Virus record (IMG/VR): IMGVR_UViG_3300042934_000398
Span: 35,444-99,443 of that record
Reading direction: 5' to 3' (one strand)
Origin: a virus
Length of the DNA stretch: 64,000 nt
Shown: positions 40,682-48,413 of the stretch, one piece after another
How the letters are laid out: each line of letters begins with the position of its first letter
Numbering within the stretch: position 1 is the first letter of the stretch
Position numbers and translations under genes: made by a program
Notes under the pieces: generated by a model
What the model was told of the DNA's origin: nothing
Databases searched by the model: none
Seen by the model: only the letters and a program-made list of their open reading frames with translations

Positions 40682-40879
40682 ATGATTGTATCTAAAACTA
40701 GAATGTCCAAGATGCCAACTTCATGTAGTAAGTGCTCTTATTATGAAGTAGAAAGAGAATTCGGTCATGCTGACATTAGAATATGTAATGGATATGGTAA
40801 AGGATTTGATATTGAAAAGAATATTAAACCAACAGTTGAACGTTCCAAGAAATGTCCATTAATTGAAATTGAAGAGTAA
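40682..40879 (+). CDS. Phage protein (MPxSCxxC...RxxxCPL family)
   Basis: Common phage motif. Confidence 0.65.
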   Translation: MIVSKTRMSKMPTSCSKCSYYEVEREFGHADIRICNGYGKGFDIEKNIKPTVERSKKCPLIEIEE

Positions 40880-40922
40880 ATAAAAGCATTGATTGATGTA
40901 CTTATTAGAAAGGATAAAGAGT

Positions 40923-41114
40923 ATGAGTAGAATTATAAAATCGATTGCAAAATCAATCACATTAGTAACTCTTGCAATAATTATTGCTTTGGTGATACGT
41001 GTTGTTTGCAACTTGGCAATTGGTTTAATCGGTGTTTATCCATGTCTAATCATAGTTATTTTAATAATGATTATAACGGCAAGTGCAATGTTTTACAAAG
41101 ACAGTAACAGATAA
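40923..41114 (+). CDS. Small membrane protein
   Basis: Two hydrophobic segments; RBS. Confidence 0.65.
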   Translation: MSRIIKSIAKSITLVTLAIIIALVIRVVCNLAIGLIGVYPCLIIVILIMIITASAMFYKDSNR

Positions 41115-41132
41115 TAAGAAAGGAGATAAATA

Positions 41133-41351
41133 ATGAGCCAACCATGTAAATATAACAGTTTTAGTCCATGTGAGGAATGCGATAAGTGTTATGGTATCAA
41201 AAATCATACTCATGTATATTGTACAAACTGTAGGCATTTCAGATTAGATGATGAAGAAATTCCTTATTGCCCTTACGAAGAAAAAGAATGTGATATAAGA
41301 GACTGTGAAGATAGCAGACCATTTAGTGAAAGACCAATGTATGAAGAATAA
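41133..41351 (+). CDS. Cys-rich hypothetical protein
   Basis: RBS. Confidence 0.65.
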   Translation: MSQPCKYNSFSPCEECDKCYGIKNHTHVYCTNCRHFRLDDEEIPYCPYEEKECDIRDCEDSRPFSERPMYEE

Positions 41352-41394
41352 TTGATGTTACCGACACGAATGTCGGGAAGAAAGGACGAATTAG

Positions 41395-41577
41395 ATGAAA
41401 CTAGAACATGAATTATTAGAAGAATACATATATATAAATTTCCCATACGAAGAATATGGAGATTTAACAATAGAAAATATGTTAACCATATACGACTCAT
41501 TGGGATACAAATCTTATGTATTAAATGTCGCTGCTAAAAACTTGGGAAAAGATTTACTGAAACTATTTAAAAGATGA
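41395..41577 (+). CDS. Hypothetical protein
   Basis: RBS. Confidence 0.6.
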   Translation: MKLEHELLEEYIYINFPYEEYGDLTIENMLTIYDSLGYKSYVLNVAAKNLGKDLLKLFKR

Positions 41578-41615
41578 TAGATCATTGATTTTATTAGGTT
41601 GAGAAAGGAGAAAAT

Positions 41616-41723
41616 ATGTTAGACAAATTATTATGTAAGATACAATTATATAGTTATTTATTACCAACATGTAGAATTGGTAATGCTATCATGGATTTTA
41701 GAAAACAACACACAATCAAATAA
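41616..41723 (+). CDS. 35-aa hypothetical peptide, not in ORF track
   Basis: GAAAGGAG RBS; bounded by junction motifs at 41576 and 41714. Confidence 0.5.
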   Translation: MLDKLLCKIQLYSYLLPTCRIGNAIMDFRKQHTIK

Positions 41724-41757
41724 ACCTTCTAATGGGTTTGTGGAAAGGAAGTGAAAA

Positions 41758-42009
41758 ATGAATCTAATAGATTTCCATGTAACTAAAATCATATCTGAAG
41801 AAAAAGATGTAGTATATAAATTATTAAATATAACAAAAGAACAGGTAGATAACGAAACAGAAGAATTGTGGAAAAACTTTCTTCTTGGAAATGGTGTAAA
41901 ACAGACATACGAATATTGGGATGATGGTGGGACAAGAATAGATACAGAAATATTTAACTTAGATAAAAATCAGAAACCATATTATGTAGGTTATGTTGGG
42001 CAACATTAA
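41758..42009 (+). CDS. Hypothetical protein
   Basis: RBS. Confidence 0.65.
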   Translation: MNLIDFHVTKIISEEKDVVYKLLNITKEQVDNETEELWKNFLLGNGVKQTYEYWDDGGTRIDTEIFNLDKNQKPYYVGYVGQH

Positions 42010-42048
42010 AAGATAATAATAAACACAATAATTAAAGAGGAGGATTGC

Positions 42049-42636
42049 ATGAACGAGAAATTTAACTTTGTTTTCTGTAAATACGCACATGGAAAGAATA
42101 AAAATTATATAAAATGTGCCAACTGCAAAAAAGATATGTGTCCAAGTGTTAGTAATATTTTATACGGTAAAGTATTCAAGTTACCTGTAATCAAACAAAT
42201 ATATAAATTAATCAGTAATATTTATTATGATATTGAAACAAAGAGATATGAAAATGACTACATAAACGAGTACGAAATAGGTGATATGAAACACATATGG
42301 GGACTTAAATCATATGATGATTTATCTTCAAGTAGCGGAGCTAATATACATATAATGAATGATATCGAATTACTCTATCATAAAGATACGGAAGATTATT
42401 CTATCAGTATTGAAACAATCTATATGTTTGAATTAAAAGATGGAGATATAAAATATCTTAAATGTCTATTGGATAACTTTACTAAATGGATGGACGAGCA
42501 TGGATATAGAACAGATAGCAGGGTTAATTTATACGAAGTATTTACATATGGTAACAACATCAACACGCATTTTAAGACAATAGAAGAGTGTTATGCAAAC
42601 TTTAAGATGCTAGTTAATGGGTATTGTAGTTTATAA
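42049..42636 (+). CDS. Hypothetical protein
   Basis: GAGGAGG RBS. Confidence 0.7.
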   Translation: MNEKFNFVFCKYAHGKNKNYIKCANCKKDMCPSVSNILYGKVFKLPVIKQIYKLISNIYYDIETKRYENDYINEYEIGDMKHIWGLKSYDDLSSSSGANIHIMNDIELLYHKDTEDYSISIETIYMFELKDGDIKYLKCLLDNFTKWMDEHGYRTDSRVNLYEVFTYGNNINTHFKTIEECYANFKMLVNGYCSL

Positions 42637-42684
42637 AAGCAAACTGAATTAGGATTTTGTTGACATTTTTATGAAAGGAGAGCA

Positions 42685-42900
42685 ATGGAAAAATTAATTG
42701 TAATATGGGGCAACGGATATGTTGGTGAATATGAGAAACGAGGAAAAGGATATTACCAGATATCAAACTTACATGAAGAAGTTTTCTGGGAAGTATTTAG
42801 AAAAGGTGTATTTAAAGATAAAAAAGATACTGCAAGATTTAAATTTATTCGTGGCAATGACATGGAGAAATTTGCAGCTACTAGAGATTTTATATTTTAA
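42685..42900 (+). CDS. Hypothetical protein
   Basis: RBS. Confidence 0.6.
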   Translation: MEKLIVIWGNGYVGEYEKRGKGYYQISNLHEEVFWEVFRKGVFKDKKDTARFKFIRGNDMEKFAATRDFIF

Positions 42901-42942
42901 CATCAATTGTAGTATCGATTTGAAGATTAGAAAGGAGTACAT

Positions 42943-43260
42943 ATGGAACAATCAGACGGTAATAAAGCCGGAGAAGCATTAAGAACTATATTAAACAGGT
43001 TAAAAACGATTAAAGATGAACCAGTAGAAGAATGCAAGAAGAGAGGATGTTTCCACTGCAAGAACTACGTTAGAAGAGAAGGATATAATCAGCAATGGGG
43101 AATGTATCAATTCTATAATAACTATTGTAACAAGGGCGTAGAAGAAGATAAACACATGTATATGGATAAAGATTGTGTATCATTTGAATTAGGTGAAAAT
43201 CAGTATATTTATATGTCTGACAAAGAAAAAAGAAGGATTGAGCGAGGTTGTAGAATATGA
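42943..43260 (+). CDS. Cys-rich hypothetical protein
   Basis: RBS. Confidence 0.65.
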   Translation: MEQSDGNKAGEALRTILNRLKTIKDEPVEECKKRGCFHCKNYVRREGYNQQWGMYQFYNNYCNKGVEEDKHMYMDKDCVSFELGENQYIYMSDKEKRRIERGCRI

Positions 43261-43535
43261 AGAAAATTAAAGTAGTTGATTTTATTAAAACATTAGAAGA
43301 AATTTGTTTTGATGATGAAACAGAGTTAGTTTTCGACACACTAGATGGAACTACAGGAGAGCCGTATGATTTAGAATTAAATGAGTTTTATTTCGGTGAT
43401 GCTTTATGTGTACCTAACGTGAATGAAATTAACATTGAATTTATGGTAAGCGATGAATTTATCAAGGCAAAATCAAGTGAATTGGTTAGTGATCTTGCTG
43501 AAGAAATCAGGGATGTAATTAATAAGTACAGATAA
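43257..43535 (+). CDS. Acidic hypothetical protein
   Basis: ATGA overlap with previous gene. Confidence 0.65.
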   Translation: MKKIKVVDFIKTLEEICFDDETELVFDTLDGTTGEPYDLELNEFYFGDALCVPNVNEINIEFMVSDEFIKAKSSELVSDLAEEIRDVINKYR

Positions 43536-43583
43536 GACAACCAAATCAACAATTGCTTTGGTTATGAGAAAGGAGTGATAACA

Positions 43584-43807
43584 ATAATTCAAGCACCATG
43601 TAAAGGCTGTCCAGATAGATATTTGGACTGTTATGATAAATGTAGTAAATTCAATACATATAAGTTAGAGAGTGATAATATTAAACAAATGAAATGAAAT
43701 TGCGAGAAAATATATTTAGAAATTATATGGGGCAACAATCAAAAATAAATGACAAGAATAAGTTTGAGAAAAGTAAATTTCACAGACCTAGCGGATGTCA
43801 AAGTTAG
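43584..43807 (+). pseudogene. Small PCKGCPDR...C protein frameshifted by a 5-bp ATGAA duplication near 43689-43698
   Basis: AGGAGTGA SD plus ATA start; removing one ATGAA restores a single frame to TAG at 43805-43807. Confidence 0.55.
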
Positions 43808-43816
43808 AAAGGAGTA

Positions 43817-44017
43817 TTGAAAATGAGTGATATCACAAGAAAAGGTTGGAAATGTGATGCTTGTGAAAAAGAATTTTTTGAAGGTCAGTATGGATATGCT
43901 AATAGATATAAAGTAATAATAGAGCATCATTCAAATACCATTGATGGTAATAATACAGATTTAAAAGATGTGTGTAAAGAATGTGTTGATAGGATAATAG
44001 ATGCTTTAAATATTTAA
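43817..44017 (+). CDS. Zn-ribbon hypothetical protein
   Basis: CDAC...DVCKEC. Confidence 0.65.
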   Translation: MKMSDITRKGWKCDACEKEFFEGQYGYANRYKVIIEHHSNTIDGNNTDLKDVCKECVDRIIDALNI

Positions 44018-44041
44018 TAACCGGCTTAAAAAGGAGAGGTA

Positions 44042-44245
44042 ATGAATAGTAATATAACACGAATTAACTGTAATGAACCAAGATCAATGTATTTATTCTT
44101 CAGTAGAGTACAAAGGATACTATCTAAAAATCATGGTGGAGTGGCACCAAAAGGATTGTGGAATGAATTAAAAGAACTTGAGATGGATGCACTAAATTAT
44201 TACTTCTATGATGCATACTTAGATAAACAAAGAGAAACCAAATAA
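44042..44245 (+). CDS. Hypothetical protein
   Basis: RBS. Confidence 0.6.
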   Translation: MNSNITRINCNEPRSMYLFFSRVQRILSKNHGGVAPKGLWNELKELEMDALNYYFYDAYLDKQRETK

Positions 44246-44306
44246 ATGCGTTATTCGATTAGCTTAGTACAAATAATAATATACAATAATAAAGGAGAAT
44301 GAAACA

Positions 44307-44531
44307 ATGCAAGATGAACGTTATGTAATTGTAACAAAGGGAAATATTAAGAAATTTCCAATAGACAAAAGAAACAGATTTACATTAAAAGGTGACACCA
44401 CAATGGATATATTTGAAGGTTATCTCTATATTTCTGAAGATTTAGCTTTGGAAGATATGGCAGATATGAATCTTAGTCCAAAGGAATACGAAGTTAAAAA
44501 ATATAAATTTACAGTAGAAGAGGTTAAATAA
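44307..44531 (+). CDS. Hypothetical protein
   Basis: RBS. Confidence 0.65.
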   Translation: MQDERYVIVTKGNIKKFPIDKRNRFTLKGDTTMDIFEGYLYISEDLALEDMADMNLSPKEYEVKKYKFTVEEVK

Positions 44532-44693
44532 ATGGATATAACAATGTGTACTTCAAAAAATTGTGCGTATAAAGATTCTTGTCTTAGACATGATGACAGT
44601 AAAGCAAATAAACAGTACCAATCATATTGTAACTTTGAGATAGATTGTTACTTGGAAAATGGTTATGAATACTATATAGCACAGCAAAAATAA
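44532..44693 (+). CDS. Small Cys-rich phage protein (MDITMC), not in ORF track
   Basis: GAGGT RBS; common phage motif. Confidence 0.6.
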   Translation: MDITMCTSKNCAYKDSCLRHDDSKANKQYQSYCNFEIDCYLENGYEYYIAQQK

Positions 44694-44736
44694 TTAAATA
44701 ATACATAATAATATACATAATAAAAGGAGAACCAAT

Positions 44737-45390
44737 ATGAGAATGAAAAGCATACTAAGCATCTTAATTGTTATATTAGGTGTGACCGCACTTATTCTCT
44801 CATATCAAAGTGGAACAAATCGTGCCGCTGCAAATGGATATGTGAGTAGAGGCACTATACAGGGCGAAAAATATTACGACATAAGCAAAGAAGAAGTTAA
44901 TGATTTAGAAATGGCAAATGACAATACAGATATATATGAGCAAAAAGTTGAAGTAGGTGAAAGAGAAGTAGTGTCGCTCAAAACTGCTAAAATTGAAATA
45001 ACCAATCGATGGAATATCACTTTAACTGATGAAGAAATCGATTTGCTTGCTAAAATTGTTTGGCTTGAAAGTCAAGGAGAAATTGATAAAGGACAGCAGG
45101 CTGTTGTGGAAGTAATATTTAATCGTATGAAGCATTGGGAATTTAAAGGTTCATTATATGATGTGTTAAGTGAAAAGAATGCATTTTCGACTTGGAAAAA
45201 TAGAAGTATAGCTAATCCAACTGAAAAAGAATATGAAAATATTCAAAAGGTGTTAGATGGGAAAACAGATATTACAACTGAAAATCATGTATATTTCTCA
45301 ACTTCCCCAAGAAACAAAAAAGATGTAATTAAAATAGGGAATCACTATTTTTGTAGTTATGAGTATGATTCAAAAGAAGATAAGGAGTGA
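44737..45390 (+). CDS. SleB-like cell wall hydrolase (Hydrolase_2) with N-terminal membrane anchor
   Basis: LLAKIVWLESQGE...QAVVEVIFNR, IGNHYF. Confidence 0.85.
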   Translation: MRMKSILSILIVILGVTALILSYQSGTNRAAANGYVSRGTIQGEKYYDISKEEVNDLEMANDNTDIYEQKVEVGEREVVSLKTAKIEITNRWNITLTDEEIDLLAKIVWLESQGEIDKGQQAVVEVIFNRMKHWEFKGSLYDVLSEKNAFSTWKNRSIANPTEKEYENIQKVLDGKTDITTENHVYFSTSPRNKKDVIKIGNHYFCSYEYDSKEDKE

Positions 45391-45396
45391 TCATAA

Positions 45397-46122
45397 ATAG
45401 GTAAATTTAGAGATTTAACAGGAAAAACTTTTGGTAGATTGACTGTGATTAAAAGAGTAGATACTCCATCGCATGTAAGCAAAAATAATACAGATGTATA
45501 TTGGTTATGTAAGTGTAATTGTGGGAATGAAAAAGATGTCTTTGTTAGAACCGCCAATTTAAACAATGGTAGAGTTTCTTCATGTGGATGTTGGCAACAA
45601 GAATCAAGATTAATACATAATCGAAAATATAATAAATTCGAATTATCAGGAGACTTTGGCGTGGGATACACTGAAGATAATCAAAAATTTTATTTTGATT
45701 TAGATGATTATAAACTAATAAAAGACGTATACTGGTCAATTGACAAAGATGGATATGTTTATAATTTTAAATCACAAACTAGAATGCACAGATTGGTTAC
45801 AAATTGCCCAGAAGAATTCCAAGTTGATCATATTAGTCATTGTAAAGAAGATAATAGAAAATGCAATTTAAGAGTAGTTAATAACCAACAAAATCAAAGA
45901 AATAAATCTGTACATAAAAATAGTCAGACTCAAGTACAAGGCGTTAGAAAACAAATAAATAAGTATATGCCTTATATAGTTGTAGACGGAAAATATATTC
46001 ATCTTGGTTCTTTTGAAAAAATTGAAGATGCTATATCGGCACGTAGAGAAGCTGAAGATAAGTATTTCGGAGAATTTAGTTATTATAAAAGCATAAACAG
46101 AAATCATAGTTTTTACAAGTAA
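45397..46122 (+). CDS. HNH-AP2 homing endonuclease; probable ATA start
   Basis: GKFRDLTGKTFGRLTV, WLCKCNCG, SCGC, MHR, VDHI...DNRKCNLR, HLGSF...AISAR. Confidence 0.85.
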   Translation: MGKFRDLTGKTFGRLTVIKRVDTPSHVSKNNTDVYWLCKCNCGNEKDVFVRTANLNNGRVSSCGCWQQESRLIHNRKYNKFELSGDFGVGYTEDNQKFYFDLDDYKLIKDVYWSIDKDGYVYNFKSQTRMHRLVTNCPEEFQVDHISHCKEDNRKCNLRVVNNQQNQRNKSVHKNSQTQVQGVRKQINKYMPYIVVDGKYIHLGSFEKIEDAISARREAEDKYFGEFSYYKSINRNHSFYK

Positions 46123-46126
46123 AGGA

Positions 46127-46321
46127 GTGATACATATAAGAGATTATTATGAAACAGTAGAATCTAATCTTCAAGGTGATGATAGTTATAACAGTGAACG
46201 TTGCCCTGAATGTGGAGGTATGATGGATTACACGTATGAAACTGGTGAAGCATGGGGTGGATATTTTAGACAGAAAATAAGATATTGTCTACATTGTGAT
46301 TATGAAGAAACAGTAAATTAG
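46127..46321 (+). CDS. Zn-ribbon hypothetical protein
   Basis: CPECGG...CLHC. Confidence 0.6.
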   Translation: MIHIRDYYETVESNLQGDDSYNSERCPECGGMMDYTYETGEAWGGYFRQKIRYCLHCDYEETVN

Positions 46322-46335
46322 AAAGGTGGTTTAAT

Positions 46336-46548
46336 ATGACAATCGAGTTAATAATAATGGCTTTATTTATATTAATTGTGTTATTAAGTACAATTATGGT
46401 TAGTGGATATTATAACAAAACAGAAGACAAGCAACACTACTTTGATAGTTTTACATTAGAAGAATGTGAACAACTATATCAAAAAGATATAACAACTGAT
46501 ATTAATAATGGCAAAATAACAGGATTTGAAATGAATTTAAATAGATAG
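46336..46548 (+). CDS. Small membrane-anchored protein
   Basis: N-terminal hydrophobic helix; RBS. Confidence 0.6.
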   Translation: MTIELIIMALFILIVLLSTIMVSGYYNKTEDKQHYFDSFTLEECEQLYQKDITTDINNGKITGFEMNLNR

Positions 46549-46559
46549 GAGATACATAA

Positions 46560-47129
46560 ATGAAAATTAATAATTTACAAGTATATGGATTAAATAATGC
46601 TATTAGATGTAGTAAATTTCCTATGGCAATTGATACTAATCAGATTAATGAATCTGTTACACAAACAGTAATTAATTTAGGCAATTCAGATATAGGACAT
46701 GGTCATGACCAATTTATTACAGGGATAATAACACAATTTGATTTAACATTTTCAATTAAGGCATGGGTTGAAGCTGAAAGGTATCACTTCTTTGATTTTA
46801 TTTCAAGCCAATCTACAATGCATAGAATAGCAAAATTTGATATTAAATCTCAATGTAATGAGTATGTAACAGAAAATACAATTAATGAAGCGAATAGATT
46901 AAAAAATATATATTTAAACACGCAAGATAAAGAAGATTATTTAACACTGCTATATAATGTTCCAACTGGATTCCAATTAACTGCTGGTATGACAACTAAT
47001 TATAGGCAATTAAAAACAATTTATACACAAAGAAAACAACATCGATTGCCAGAATGGAGACATTTTTGTGAATGGATTGAGACATTACCACATTTTAAAG
47101 AGTTATGCTTAGGAGGTGAACAATGTTAA
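46560..47129 (+). CDS. Divergent ThyX-fold (FAD-dependent thymidylate synthase-like) protein
   Basis: GH...ERYHF...SSQSTMHR...NYRQLK...R..HRLPEW; next to Gmk. Confidence 0.6.
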   Translation: MKINNLQVYGLNNAIRCSKFPMAIDTNQINESVTQTVINLGNSDIGHGHDQFITGIITQFDLTFSIKAWVEAERYHFFDFISSQSTMHRIAKFDIKSQCNEYVTENTINEANRLKNIYLNTQDKEDYLTLLYNVPTGFQLTAGMTTNYRQLKTIYTQRKQHRLPEWRHFCEWIETLPHFKELCLGGEQC

Positions 47130-47674
47130 TCTTAACAGGTAAAAGTGCTACAGGAAAAGATTCTATCGCCGAAGAATTAATTAAACTTGGATATTCACGC
47201 ATTATTACTTATACAACTAGACCTATGCGTGATGGTGAAGTTGATGGAGAAACATATCATTTTATTTCCGTAAGTGAGTTTTTAAAGAAATACATAGATG
47301 GTGAGTTTTTAGAAGTGAATTACTATACCACAAAATTAGGTGTTTGGTTTTATGGATCTAGTTTAGCTGATTATCAAAAATCAGATAATAATACAATTTG
47401 TGTACTTACCCCTTGTGGTATTAAAAAACTAAAGCAAAATAATATTAAACATACTAGTTTTTTAATTAATGTATCAGATAATGAAATACTGAAAAGACAA
47501 ATTATGCGTGGAGATAATCAGGATGAAGCCGAAAGAAGATTTATGGCTGACAAATTAGATTTTGCTGATATTGATGATTTAGTAGATTGTACAATTCAAA
47601 ATGAAAATAAAAATGCTTTTGATGCTGCAAAAGAAATTGATGCAATATATAAATCTTTAAAGGAGAGTGAATAA
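47123..47674 (+). CDS. gmk: Guanylate kinase
   Basis: GKSATGKD, YTTRPMRDGEVDGETYHF, FYG. Confidence 0.9.
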   Translation: MLILTGKSATGKDSIAEELIKLGYSRIITYTTRPMRDGEVDGETYHFISVSEFLKKYIDGEFLEVNYYTTKLGVWFYGSSLADYQKSDNNTICVLTPCGIKKLKQNNIKHTSFLINVSDNEILKRQIMRGDNQDEAERRFMADKLDFADIDDLVDCTIQNENKNAFDAAKEIDAIYKSLKESE

Positions 47675-48102
47675 TGGAAACGTTTAGAATATATACCTGC
47701 GGTGGTATGAGTGGGCTTGATTGGAATTCTCAAAATGCATGGCGTTCAACTGTAAAAGAATATTTAGAACGTGTTGAGTGCCCTTATAGAGTAGTAGTAT
47801 TAAACCCATGTGACTATTACAACTTTGAAACAATCACACATCGTACAGAAAAGGAGGTGATGAATTTTGATCTTAATTTAGTTCGTAAATCAGATTTATT
47901 ATTAGTTAACTTTAACAATCCAAATAGCATAGGTAGTGCCATTGAACTCTTTGCGGCTTATGATAAACACATCCCTGTGGTAGCAATTTGTGAAGGTAAT
48001 GAGCTGGAAATTCATCCATGGTTATTAGAATATGTAGATAGAATGTTCTATACAATGAAAGATGCATTGAAATACATAAAATCATTTTATTTGGTGGAAT
48101 AA
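47674..48102 (+). CDS. Nucleoside 2-deoxyribosyltransferase-like protein
   Basis: IYTCGGM, LNP, DLNLVRKSD, SIGSAIEL. Confidence 0.8.
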   Translation: METFRIYTCGGMSGLDWNSQNAWRSTVKEYLERVECPYRVVVLNPCDYYNFETITHRTEKEVMNFDLNLVRKSDLLLVNFNNPNSIGSAIELFAAYDKHIPVVAICEGNELEIHPWLLEYVDRMFYTMKDALKYIKSFYLVE

Positions 48103-48125
48103 ATAAAAGATTCAAATCATACTTA
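48097..48125 (+). promoter_or_regulatory. Possible sporulation (SigE-like) promoter
   Basis: GAATAAA-N14-CATACTTA upstream of the small ORF at 48147. Confidence 0.35.
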
Positions 48126-48146
48126 TGAATAGTATATTTAGGGAGC

Positions 48147-48293
48147 GTGATAAATATAGAAAAATTAATAATTAATAAAGAAGAAAAAGATGAAATGATT
48201 ATACTTACAAAATTTCTATTAAAAAAACAAAAGATTTCAGAACAAGAATATAGGAGAATCATTGATGTAATAGGTACATATACAAATAATTAA
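48147..48293 (+). CDS. Small ORF upstream of integrase; candidate recombination directionality factor
   Basis: GGGAG SD; 48 aa ending KQKISEQEYRRII; not in ORF track. Confidence 0.5.
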   Translation: MINIEKLIINKEEKDEMIILTKFLLKKQKISEQEYRRIIDVIGTYTNN

Positions 48294-48299
48294 AACATG

Positions 48300-48330
48300 A
48301 AAAGAACTTATACATTGTATAGGTTCTTTT
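48300..48330 (+). terminator. Rho-independent terminator
   Basis: AAAAGAACTTATAC-att-GTATAGGTTCTTTT. Confidence 0.65.
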
Positions 48331-48356
48331 AACTTTATATGAAACACAAGTATGAG

Positions 48357-48385
48357 TTGACAAATGTAAACAGAAATGATAAATT
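48357..48385 (+). promoter_or_regulatory. SigA-type integrase promoter
   Basis: TTGACA-N17-TAAATT with extended TG. Confidence 0.7.
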
Positions 48386-48413
48386 ATAAGTAATAAATCG
48401 CTGGAGGTGTAAA

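Larger units (their letters stand above)
726..44260 (+). repeat. Dispersed 20-bp quasi-palindrome family NATMAA-N8-TTKATN at gene junctions (about 32 copies in this span, one more at 52207)
   Basis: e.g. 3729 TATAAA-ggacgaat-TTTATC, 5795 AATAAA-tgtgacat-TTTATT, 11264 GATAAA-agttgtat-TTTATT, 29003 CATCAA-attatagc-TTTATT, 34417 GATAAA-atgaaaat-TTGATT, 42901 CATCAA-ttgtagta-TCGATT. Confidence 0.8.
8730..44716 (+). repeat. Dispersed AAATAATAATAWAC element (15 copies including single-base variants), operator/UP-element-like
   Basis: 8730, 9067, 11991, 12099, 13354, 16576, 25785, 25895, 31066, 39041, 39170, 39569, 42011, 44271, 44703; all intergenic and on + strand. Confidence 0.7.

Noticed and set aside
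777-48262. Short - strand ORFs in the track overlapping + strand genes (e.g. 777-1001, 12830-13165, 20154-20399, 47912-48262), and the alternative-frame + ORF 42719-42982
   Set aside because: Shadow frames of well-supported genes, without RBS or recognisable motifs
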